Below, piece after piece: positions 30,046 to 40,314 of a stretch of 64,000 nt of DNA. The stretch is from NCBI RefSeq assembly GCF_002113885.1, contig NW_018406963.1:207000-270999 (forward strand), written 5' to 3'. The translations under genes were made by a program, and so were the position numbers. Below the pieces are notes generated by a model. The model saw only the letters and a list, made by a program, of their open reading frames with translations. It was not told the origin of the DNA and ran no database searches. Source of the DNA: Mizuhopecten yessoensis. Its lineage: Eukaryota. How positions within the stretch are numbered: the first letter of the stretch is position 1; each line of letters opens with the position of its first letter.

Positions 30046-32352
30046 ATATATTATACAGCTTCATAGTGTATCTTGATACAATGTCCCTTGTTAACCATTT
30101 TTAGCACTTGGCCATAAGGGCCACGTGAGTTTATGCCATTGCGCCGCAACCGTCAATCCATCTTTTATCTAAAGCGCTACTAGTCCAAAATTGCAAAATG
30201 CAGTTTAACAAAAAATTCTGGAACATCCTTGGATCAACTCCACAGTGTATGAACTGAGATTGTAACTGGGAGCAGAAAAGTGGGGCAAACATGTGAAATG
30301 TTGATAAATCTTTAAAAATCTGCTTATTGTTTAAGGCAAAATGGATTTAAACACAATAATGTAATTTGAAGCATCCGGGGCTTGGTCCAATTAAGATCGG
30401 TGTTGAATAAACGGAGAGTAAGGCCCTCCCAATTAACAGAGCGTGGGTACAGGGCCAAATATTGGAAATATAGGTAAATATTCAGAATCCTATTCCTTAT
30501 GTGCGGAGAAATGTAAGGTATTTCATTCATTTTCCAGCAAGCAAGTCATGATCGATACTGACAACGACTATTATTGATGAAGGCGGTTTTCAAACAAAAA
30601 CTATAACACGAAACAATTAATGTATATAATAATTTATTGATCACATGATTACTTATCACAGAAGACCAATATATACATTTACTGAATAGCCAAAATTTTG
30701 CAATTTCACAAAAGATGATCATCTCTACGAATTGACAAAACATCAGACCACTGACGGAAATAGAACTGACCTGAATCGATATGATTGTTAAAAAATATAT
30801 GAAAAATCATATCTATCATCATCAATATTCTCAACATTCTCCTCGGAAGCCGGAACAAACAATCTGTAAAGAGAAAAATAAAGAGAAAAAAGGTTTATTT
30901 TTTCGTTCTGCGCTTAAGGCCTTACAGAATTTGCTGTATTTTGTTAAATGATTAAAATTACTGTATTATATTTCATAAGTGCTTTAAATCAGTTAATCGT
31001 TAATAGTAAGACTACTAGGAGGTATGGACGGTCGGGGGAGGGACGCATACATTCCGAGCATCAATGGATCTAAAAGTAAGACAGCTAAATAGAAACTACA
31101 CACGAGAGTGTAGCATGGATTCCCCTAAAAATGAGTGTATTACGTCATCACTTCTGGGCCTTTTCCAGACGTACACGTAGGTTGGAACTTGAAGACGGCG
31201 AGCTACACGTAAGTATTAACATGTGGAATATTTATATTAGATTCCATAGTTTATGAATGAAACAACTATTTGTATAAAGTGTTATGATGGTGAGTCTTAT
31301 TGAAAACTATAAACGAGCAATATTTACGTGGGAAATTTGCATTTGAAATAAGGCGCCAATATACACGTAACAGAATCGTCTAGTCATCAGTTTCCGCGCG
31401 TTATGTATTTCCGCGCAGCCATTTTGTCAAGCTATATCTCGTAACTACGTGACCTGCTGGACACAACACAGGGATATTTTAGACGTTTGGCCATCGTCTG
31501 TAAACTGACACAAAAATTACCGGAAGTTCGTTTGGAAAACATAAGAATTAATCACTGATTAAAAAACACGTATGCATATGCAGTTTTGCTTAGTGCACTT
31601 TTTATCTTGCTCAAAATGAGCCCATACCTAAAACAACAGTGATATATTTCATTCATGAACCGGTCTTTTTTGTTGTCTGACAAACGTACGAAAATGTCGT
31701 ATGCAAATGAAGCCACATTTCCTCGCCGATTTTTTTTCCACTTCCGAAGAGCCAATGAGACATTCTTATATCGATAAAATGTAGTTTCAATGAAACGTAA
31801 ACTTTGTAATGCAATGAACTTCCAATTTTCACCAATTTTAAACAGAACAAAATGAGAAATAATTTACCATCAACCAAAACCGATATAAGACTGCAGAAAA
31901 AGAAAAATAATAAATAAATATAAAAAATTACATGAATACATTCCATTTGACATCTTGAAAAATCTATTAAAATGTGAAAAAAAGTTGTTTTGAAAATTAA
32001 TTTGACGAACAAAGGTATGGGTGGGTTTTTTTTAATTTCAAACGAAGCTTTTGTTCTTGCAGGTCACTGTAGAGAGTTTCTATTTAGTGTATTCGAGTTA
32101 TCTTTCTTTGAACACTAAATCAAAATAGACACACGGAATACTTCCGACGGGAGAAATTTGTTAAAAAATGTTTGTTCTGATTTTTTAAAAATACATTTTT
32201 ATTTTGCTAGTTTTTTGTTTCCATTAGTAGATTGTAAACATGTTTATGACAGTCATCCGTAATTTCAACAGTTTCCTGCCGATATGAGTACGAAATCGCG
32301 GATGCTTCTTAAGTGCGCGGAAACCGGTAACCCGAAGATACAATGTCGGTAG

Positions 32353-32542
32353 TGACACAGGGACCTGATAATTTGTTACAGCTATGTTTGATCAAGATCG
32401 ACTTCCGAAATGCCTCCTCTAATGAATAACATAATATACTACATATAACATTATCATACAATCATTGGGGGTGGCGTTTTACCGAAAGTTGATATACGCC
32501 CCTAAAACGTGTAAAATTACAAATAATCAGGTCCCTGTGTCA
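32353..32542. mobile_element. MITE with ~23-bp TIRs
   Basis: tgacacagggacctgataatttg ... caaataatcaggtccctgtgtca. Confidence 0.6.
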
Positions 32543-32835
32543 TTAATATGTACTCATGAAATTTAGTTGGCGTTACTTACAAGTACTCGCACCAACCGTA
32601 AGGTTGATAAACCTCTTTAAAGACAAATATTATTTCATACCAAAGATTTAATATACTGAACGTTATGCGGAAAATATGTGAATACATCAAATCAAACATT
32701 TCCCATTTCAGTCTTAAGAACGGCAAAATTAATGTTTTGCTTTGGTTTAAAATCAATTAATTATTTTAAACGAATATTTTTGTGCTTAAATGGCCGTTTT
32801 CAAAGACTGATTTTTTGCCCCAACAGATTACCTAC

Positions 32836-34686
32836 CTAGCGAGGGACGGGGTACCAGTAGTTGATCTGACGCTGGATGCACAGTGGGAACAGAACCATAT
32901 GTTTCTCCTCAAATTGATCACAGAATCTCCTCTCCCAGTACAGGTCATCCAGTGGCAGCTCCATGGTCAGTTCAAAGGAAAACGCTAGTCCGTAGTTAAA
33001 CAACATCATGGCCTTTGACCGCTCCGCGAAATTGGCTTTGTCCCTCTTACGAGATTTGGATGGCTTCCATAAGCATCTTCTTTTGACCTGACACGGGGCA
33101 GTTCCGCAGTGGCGGCAGATGGAAGGACCTGTGTGTTACGTCAGAGGGAATTGGCTGTACATGTAAATATGTATGCTAGGACAGAAAGAAGGGCCTTTAC
33201 ACTACCAACTAAAAATCAGCATTTAAGGGGAAACTACGAGGTATTACTAACCTATATATGTAATCAATGAAGAAAAGAAAAATGAGAATGCGTAACAATA
33301 ATAAGAAGAAACATTGAGGTGGTCAAGAGACGGAAACGTCTATTAACAGACCGAAACCAGGTAGAATGAGAAAATATGTAATGCATTCCAAAACGCTTCA
33401 AAAGCTGCGATAAGCGGACAAAACGAAAAAGGATTTTTTTTAAGACGGTATTTAAAGACAAAGAATAGCAGAACATATTTTTTCTTCATGCAAACAGCTT
33501 ACTCCATGAAACCATTTGTATATATATATGATACGTGTATCGTCAATAGCAGATACATATTTTGTTGAATTCATTTAATAAGCAACTAGTTTGAAAGGGA
33601 TAGAAGATAATTGCAATCTTTAGGCTGATGAAATATTTGACTGTGAATGGTTGTATTGCCAACAAAAATCCTTAAAAGGAAAAAGTATGTGATGTCAAAT
33701 GCATAACCAGATTAATTATTCAGGAGATACATAATGGTAAATTTTAGTTTTTGCCATATTGGCATATATGTACATTAGACTGAAACGTCTCTTACATTAA
33801 TTTATGTGCTGCATGAGCTTGATGTTTGCATGACCTTTAATCTTTCCGTGCTATTTTACTTTGTATTCAACTATCTGTGATGCATACTACCTTTGTGATA
33901 TTTTGTTGTTTCTATTAATTTTGATTGTTATATGTAGTCGTAAGAATAGCTCTACTGAGCTAATGTTGCATTGTTACAAACACGACTGTAACTAAAAGTT
34001 CTTGTATCTTGTAGGTCTGTATATAACTTACGAGCTCTCCATTCTTGGAACATTGACCATTTCTCTTTGGCGCTTTTCACAATCGACGGCGCAAAGCCAA
34101 ACAGCAGGGCTAGAAGCACACACAGCAGGGTACAAAATACTTCATTTCCAAGTCGCTGAAAGAAATTGAATTAAAATGAGAACTGTATGTTTAACATAAA
34201 TGGAAATTAACGATGTTGCAGATTCACGAGTTCAATCGGGTTTTACATTCCTTATACCAGGCCGAAAAGGTCATACACGGATAAAATGGTATCCTTACCC
34301 ATGTTAGGGTGACAGGCGTTGGACAAACTTTCTCGGCCTGGTTATATCCTGGCTCGGGCTCCACGCTACAGAAAAAAAATGCAAAGTTCAAATTAAATAT
34401 TTCTAGACTTTTACTGACACTATAACAGTATTCCGTCTTTGCGCATTGCAGAGTTATCTGCTCTTGTGAGCAGGTATTGATTATTTCGTCATTTGTTTGT
34501 GAGAGTAACGTCATCAATTTTTGAGAAAACGACGTAACATTATTAACATTAACATGAGCTCCGTTCTGTATAAGTGTAATGTCAAAAAACTACCCAAACT
34601 TACCACGTAAGGTTCCGATATACAGCAGGACCTTGCTGCATGGCGCTCAGCATTACCACCACATATATCAAGAATAACATATTCAT
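32836..34686 (-). CDS. Uncharacterized 188-aa type I membrane protein with a Cys-rich cytoplasmic domain
   Basis: Four GT-AG exons with matching phases (2,0,1): 34686-34604, 34365-34299, 34155-34032, 33128-32836 (TAG). Translation: MNMLFLIYVVVMLSAMQQGPAVYRNLTCVEPEPGYNQAEKVCPTPVTLTWRLGNEVFCTLLCVLLALLFGFAPSIVKSAKEKWSMFQEWRARPSICRHCGTAPCQVKRRCLWKPSKSRKRDKANFAERSKAMMLFNYGLAFSFELTMELPLDDLYWERRFCDQFEEKHMVLFPLCIQRQINYWYPVPR. Confidence 0.8.
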
Positions 34687-34782
34687 TGTGGACAACCTAC
34701 AGTTAATAAAAGATATAAATTTTAGGGGAGAGACTGATCATTTCCGCCTTACCAGTTGCTAAGTAGTTTAGCAACAAGTATG

Positions 34783-34824
34783 TGACGTCACAAATGGCTT
34801 CATTGCTTTACCATCATGACGTCA
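34783..34824. promoter_or_regulatory. Two perfect CRE/ATF palindromes upstream of the minus-strand membrane-protein gene
   Basis: TGACGTCA at 34783-34790 and 34817-34824, ~100-140 bp upstream of the ATG. Confidence 0.35.
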
Positions 34825-35144
34825 TGCTAAGTTTTTGTCACAACGTCAAAAGTTGAATCGAAGACACCTACGCCGAATACTGTTCTCAATTTTTCATTTG
34901 ACCGTTTGATTGTTTTACACGATTTAGATGAGACACAAGAAAGTTTGTTTGAGTATATAATCCATGCTTGAGCAGAAGAACGTCCTTTAACACCCGGAAA
35001 ACTATTATATCGTACGGACCGTTTTTAATGTTAGACAAGACATGACATCACTGGTCATTTCGATAAAATATGATTGAGAAATGCTTTTTTATATTTGATA
35101 GGTTAATCCCTTTATCTCACCAGTTTAGTAGAGACAGCCTCTTC

Positions 35145-35660
35145 CGTTTGAGATACTTCTATATACCCATAGGGACATGTCACAGATCCCCAACCCCACG
35201 GGCTGTATATGCGGACCGTGTGGTTATGAATCTGTGTCACGTCCCTTTATATATGAACATATAGCCTTGTCGGGTCTATTTCTTGGAACATCATTCCACA
35301 GTGGTTTCGACAGAGTCGTTCATACATGTACTTTCCATCATCAGAATGTTCGTCATCTTTCTTCTTTTATTGGGAGATTCCCCCTAATTGTTATAGCGGA
35401 GGAGTGACCGGGGTTCGTAACAGGGACCTACGAACTCTACACGGACGCCTGAAGCAATTGAACTATTTCATCGCCCGCGATCTACCAAGTCCAGTTTCGC
35501 TTAATTCATTTCTCACTCCTTTATCACAGAGTCTTTGCCCTTGGAAATAACATTATGTGCACTGTCTTCGTAAAAACACTGTAACAGAAGAAGAGAAATG
35601 CACAGCCACACCGGGATTCGGTCCCGGGACCTCCGAACTCTAGACGGACGCTAGCGCTCT
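35145..35660 (-). mobile_element. Interspersed repeat containing two tandem pseudo-tRNA units
   Basis: Minus-strand A/B-box-like units at 35407-35465 (tagttcaattg...gttacgaaccccggt) and 35608-35660 (...ggaccgaatcccggtgtg). Confidence 0.5.
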
Positions 35661-35867
35661 AGGTACCTACATTGCTAAGGAAATCCACCATGTTGTTTCC
35701 TAATGCGCTCCTTGTTGTTTGATATGTTTTGTCGTTCTTTCCTGTACATGTCTGCTTACTGTTGTATTGGTGGAGGTGTCTGGATGGTTAGTATAAGCTT
35801 GTCTTGTGATTCGGTGATGAAGAGTATGTCGTCAGGTTCTGAGCCTGTCAGAGTCGTACGGGAAGCG

Positions 35868-36122
35868 TTAGATGACGTCACGGTCGTCGAAAGTGACGTC
35901 ACTATCATCGATTGATATCGGAGTATCAAAAGCTTTTTGTATCCGCTTTAACTCAGACACGAATGGCACAGAGGTTAGAACGTTAGGCCCTAGTGCAGGG
36001 GGGAGGGGGGGGGGGGGGGGGGGGCGGTTGCGTGTTCGATGCGCGTCGATGTCGTGGTATTTTTCCATGATAGAATCCTTCATACTATCATCGGAATGTT
36101 TTCTATACACTTTTTTTTTCAA
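35868..36122 (-). pseudogene. Polinton accessory ORF remnant, poly-proline containing
   Basis: MKKKVYRK...RPPPPPPLPPALGPNVLTSVPFVSELKRIQKAF; co-oriented with and downstream of the capsid module. Confidence 0.4.
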
Positions 36123-36169
36123 GGGTTGTATTTGAAACTTTATTTTTATAGATAGATCGATAAATGAAT

Positions 36170-36499
36170 CTATATGAAAGGTTGTATTTTGAGACTAATC
36201 TTATTCAAGATATATAAACAAGTACGAAATAATCTTTTTTGATGTAAAGATATGCAGATGTTGCTGATTCTGTATTGTATTTTATCCTTATTTGTCCACA
36301 TTTGTCCACTTTTTGTCAACATTTTGTCCACTATTTTTCCACATTTGTCCTTTTTTGTCCACTATTTGTCCACATTGGTCCGCATTTGTCAACTATTTGT
36401 CCTTATTTGTCCTCTTTTTGTACACATTTGTCCACTTTTTGTCCGCTTTTGTCCATATTTGTCCACTATTTGTCCTCATTCGTCATCATGAATCTCCAT
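36170..36499 (-). pseudogene. Polinton accessory ORF remnant with 7-aa repeats (tttgtccac tandem repeat, 36285-36480)
   Basis: 110 codons from ATG to TAG in one frame with 3 internal stops: GQIVDKY/GQKRTKS/GQMCTKR/GQIRTNS... Confidence 0.45.
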
Positions 36500-36756
36500 T
36501 TTGACAGTATCTTGCTAGTCAAGCTAAGGCAGTCAGCAAATCAATAAAGATCATTGCTACGGGTCCCCCTTTTTTTTTCTTTTTTTTTGGGGGGGGGGGG
36601 GGGTCGCCCCATATTATCCGATCATATTCGGGGGTATCATCAGCGACCAGCTGACTTTCTGTTGCCGGTTTAATTTGTCTTTTTGTATGTTTTTTGTTTT
36701 GTTTTGTTTTTTGTTTTTGTGTTTGTTTTTATTTTATGCATTGATTGATGATCATT

Positions 36757-37256
36757 TTCATAAGCAACACTCCCGTCAGTCATCTCATTGATGTGTCGAC
36801 AAACGAAGACATCATGAAACGAGCGATTAATCGAAGTCGTCTACGAAATACGTGTTGGCATGAAAGTCATTTTTTAATAAAGACGTTATGTCAGGACATC
36901 GTTTTACCTTTACATCTCTGAACTATATAGAAAATGCAATGTTGCCCGCATACTATTGATTGGAAGTGTTGTAATCTAACGTCGTTTTACGTCCAACTTC
37001 GGCACTGTCTGTCCATGAAATCAGTAATTACTTTATTCGTCGTGGGAAATCCGAAAGGATCGTAATATTCTCCTTAGCCTTTACAGTATATGTGCACTGC
37101 AATCAAGTGTTTACACCCAAGTGTATCGGGATCTGTGTTACACACGAGTGAACACGGCACGTTTAAATGTCTCGGCAATCTGTTTCTGGCGTACACGCCT
37201 TTAAAATGAGGACAGTTTTTTTTTAAGATGGAATCTATTTGAATGGTATTCATCAT
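36757..37256 (-). pseudogene. Adenain-like cysteine maturation protease (Polinton PRO), disabled
   Basis: FKGVYARNRLP...NTDP...GCKHLIAV (His), GEYYDPFG (Asp), LQHFQSIVCGQHC (oxyanion Gln and catalytic Cys); in-frame stops and frameshifts; ATG overlaps the capsid stop (ATGA). Confidence 0.88.
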
Positions 37257-38503
37257 GCGCTGTAATCGAATTAAAACTGTCTGTTGTGGTCGATTTCTAT
37301 GATGTTGTCAAACTCTGTATACACTATGACGTTGACCGTCGCTGTTAAAATCGCATTGAAATGAAGTTGTAGACTCATGTTTCCGCTTTTTATGAGATGA
37401 AATGTGCCCATCTCCGACAGGTCGGGCGTGAGGTCAAATCCGAACAGGGTGTATCCTTTCCCGAATTCATCTCGAGGCACATTGTTTCCCTCGTCGTTGT
37501 AAATTTTACCCGTGCTCGTATAGAGATTCATGTAAATGCGTACGTACTGACCGTTCGTGAAGTCCGGCTGTAATGGCTTGGCGGGAATTTGTTTCCCGTC
37601 CACATTAAGACACACGTAATCGACATTGTAGTGTTTGAAATTGAAAGGATTTTTGGTGGCGGTACCGTCAAACGCGTCCGTATCGACCAAGCCCAGGACG
37701 ATCTTCTCGGGCATCTGTCCTATGAACAGGTTGTCCTTGGTAAAGTCAATGTTACCTCGAGGCACGGACGTCACTTTCATTTCTATTCTCCGTATTGGAT
37801 ACTTAGCGGGAGTTTTTTTCCATGGCTCTTGCTTGAGCAACGCAAACGGTCGGATTCAAACGCACTTTCCTTGAGTACAGACAGATATCTTGCACGACCG
37901 CTTCAAACGTGTCGCCTGCTGAACGCGTCCTTACTGCGTGACATGTTTATTTCCACGTCGACGTTGTTGACTAAGTATCGTTCCTTTGTAAACACGTCCG
38001 AATGGATTTTCCCAATCAAATCGACGGTGCGACTTCGTCATCGCTTTCTTCGCAACGTATCCCAAGTTTTCGGCGCCCTGAGTGTCCATTTCACCTGCGG
38101 TGTCGTTGTACCACATGGCGCCTGTCAGTTGAGAGTCTTTAGCTGCGGGCCCGTATAACTTAACAGGGTTTCGATGTACGCTCTGTACGGATAGGCATTG
38201 TCGGGCGGAGACACCAGCTTTTCGTTTAGACTGACACTCACGTTATTGAACAGCAAATGAAGGATTAAATTCGACGGAGCTACGTTCGAATCATCCTCTA
38301 GGGCGGCACCGTCGGCTTTCTTTACTAACTGTACTTTCACGAACAGGTTTGTGTCCCCATGTCTAAGTAATCTTCTCCGGATCCAGATATCTGAAACGTG
38401 TACGGATCTCCGTCGTTGACACTCGTCTGGGTGGGAGGTACGTCAAACAGATAAAATTCGGATTTCGCGCATTCGTACACGAATTCGGATGAACTTACGA
38501 CAT
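37253..38503 (-). pseudogene. Polinton major capsid protein (double jelly-roll, hexon/PY), disabled
   Basis: N-terminus MS*VHPNSC/ECAKSEFYLFDVPPTQTSV; internal YPYRAYIETLLSY; C-terminal half AKYPIRRIEMK...KNPFNFKHY...GYTLFGFDLTPDL...EFDNIIEIDHNRQ; multiple frameshifts and stops. Confidence 0.92.
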
Positions 38504-38589
38504 GACTTATGTCTTGCGAAGTTTAATCGCGGACGAACGAAAAATCGCTATATTTTGTTTCTATTTATACACTTTTCTGCCCTAATCGT

Positions 38590-38886
38590 CTAAAAAGTCG
38601 CACTTCCGGCGTTGCGAGCCCTAGACAACGCTGCAGTTTTGATATTCTTGCCGTCTATGACGTCGCCTGGCATTGCCATACCCGTTTTTAGAGCCTGTGT
38701 TCCTAATGACTTCGCACCTCTTTTTAACAATGGGGCTGCAGCCTTAAATAAACCGCTGAATATCGAACCCAGATCTTGACCTCTCGGCATTCGACTTCCG
38801 GCGAAAACGTTGTTTCCGCTTCCGGCTTGATCGAGATAATACCGATCGAACACGTAAGGATCGCTTCTGTGTGGAGGATGTCTCAT
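38590..38886 (-). pseudogene. Polinton small core / membrane-active protein (adenovirus pX/pVI-like position)
   Basis: YYLDQAGSG...FAGSRMPRGQDLGSIFSGLFKAAAPLLKRGAKSLGTQALKTG...DVIDGKNIK; lies between penton and major capsid. Confidence 0.7.
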
Positions 38887-38971
38887 CTTGAAGTTATTGA
38901 AATATTGTCGTAGATGTTCGCGGATCACTGCAGATTGCTGTTGATTACTGTCGTTTCGACTCGTATAATTT

Positions 38972-39256
38972 TTAGGGAAAGTCTAAGGGTCTTCTTTCGA
39001 AATGTAGCGTCATCACTACTTTGCCAGTCCCGAACGACACGGCTGCGCCCGTTTCGTCTTTCAGCGTGAGTTTCACCACTTGAAATTGATGTTGTTGTAA
39101 AGGGTACGTAGTGTACGGGATCGAACACTTTACACACCGTGTCTCCAGGTTTTCCTTCTATCGGAACGATGAGTAATAGCGGAGCTCTCGTATCTAAAGA
39201 CCATTCTCGCTTCGACGAGAGGACAGTAAGTGTACAGAGAATAAAATCCTCCTCTA
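38972..39256 (-). pseudogene. C-terminal fragment of the Polinton minor capsid protein (penton/PX)
   Basis: Across two frameshifts: GGFYSLYTYCPLVEARMV/DTRAPLLLIVPIEGKPGDTVCKVFDPVHYVP/LQQHQFQVVKLTLKDETGAAVSFGTGKVVMTLHFERR. Confidence 0.85.
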
Positions 39257-39572
39257 AAGAGTGGATGGGGGAGGAAGTACTCTAAAGAGCGGATGGGGAG
39301 GAAGTCCTCTAAGGAGAGGAGGTGGAAGAAGTCCTCTAAGATGCGGTTGGGAGAGAAAGTCATCTAAGGTGCGGATTGGGGAGGAGGTCTTCTAAAGAGC
39401 GGGTGGGGGAGGATGTCCTCTAAAGAGCGGATGGGGGAGAAAGTCCTCTAAAGAGCGGATGGGGGAGGAAGTCCTCTAAAGAGCGAATGGGGAGAAAGTC
39501 TTCTTAAGAGCGGATGGGGAAGGAAGTCCTCTAAAGAGCGGATGGGGGAGAAAATCCTCTAAGATGCGGATG
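39248..39572 (-). repeat. 29-30 bp satellite, ~11 copies, inverted relative to 40315-41445
   Basis: Unit GAGGAAGTCCTCTAAAGAGCGGATGGGG. Confidence 0.9.
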
Positions 39573-40029
39573 TGATTTCGTTAGGGAATTAATACGGAAT
39601 TCAGTGTATCTCTGTGTGGGAATTAAGTATGTTTTTGTCCAAGGTGAGCGAGACTATATTGTTGAATAAATGTTTGTTCTGTAGTGACTGAGATTTTACG
39701 ACATTCAATTACACCGATAACCTAAGACCATGCAGTGAGTATTCTCATTTACCTACCTTATCCGACGTATCCGTTGGGTCAAAGATTCTCGATGACTGTC
39801 CGATGATCAACTGTGAACTCAAAGGACACATCCGATATTTTAAACTCTGTCACACATACACAAAATATAAACACAATGATTAATTAAAGTATGTCCCAAA
39901 ACAGCGTGCCTACTCTCTGACGTTCCCCCCAAGGCTGGCTACAAATCAAAAGATTAAGGTGCTTGTTATTACTTTCTGGTATTTTAAGATATAACGTCAT
40001 ATCTATTTCTATATTCACCGGACGAAACA

Positions 40030-40314
40030 GATGAATGTATGCAAATTAGGATAGCGCATCCGGTTTAGCCTGGCAGACTTGGGTTTTTCCTGAAGGTCAC
40101 ACGTTATTCAAATGCAAATTTGGGTTTTTTCCGTGATGTCACCTCATACGGTTTTTCCAATGACGTAACACTCTATTCGAGGATTGTTTTTTCCCCATAT
40201 CTCATTAATAAGCATATAACCACGTCCCTCATATGCAAATTAGGCCAGGCTTATCCTGCTTTTCCACCCAGGCGCAACTAGACATGTGCCTCCTGTACGT
40301 ACTATACTACTACT
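40030..40314. repeat. Polinton terminal repeat core ending in ACTACTACT (5'-AGTAGTAGT on the minus strand)
   Basis: Partial direct copies at 41446-41569 and ~41697-41744, inverted copy at 41776-41900; short tandem-trinucleotide end typical of protein-primed replicons. Confidence 0.7.

Noticed and set aside
35407-35660. Functional tRNA genes
   Set aside because: B-boxes are degenerate, one unit is truncated and acceptor stems are not evident; treated as repeat-derived.
37589-38158. Plus-strand 189-aa ORF
   Set aside because: Antisense shadow of the capsid gene.
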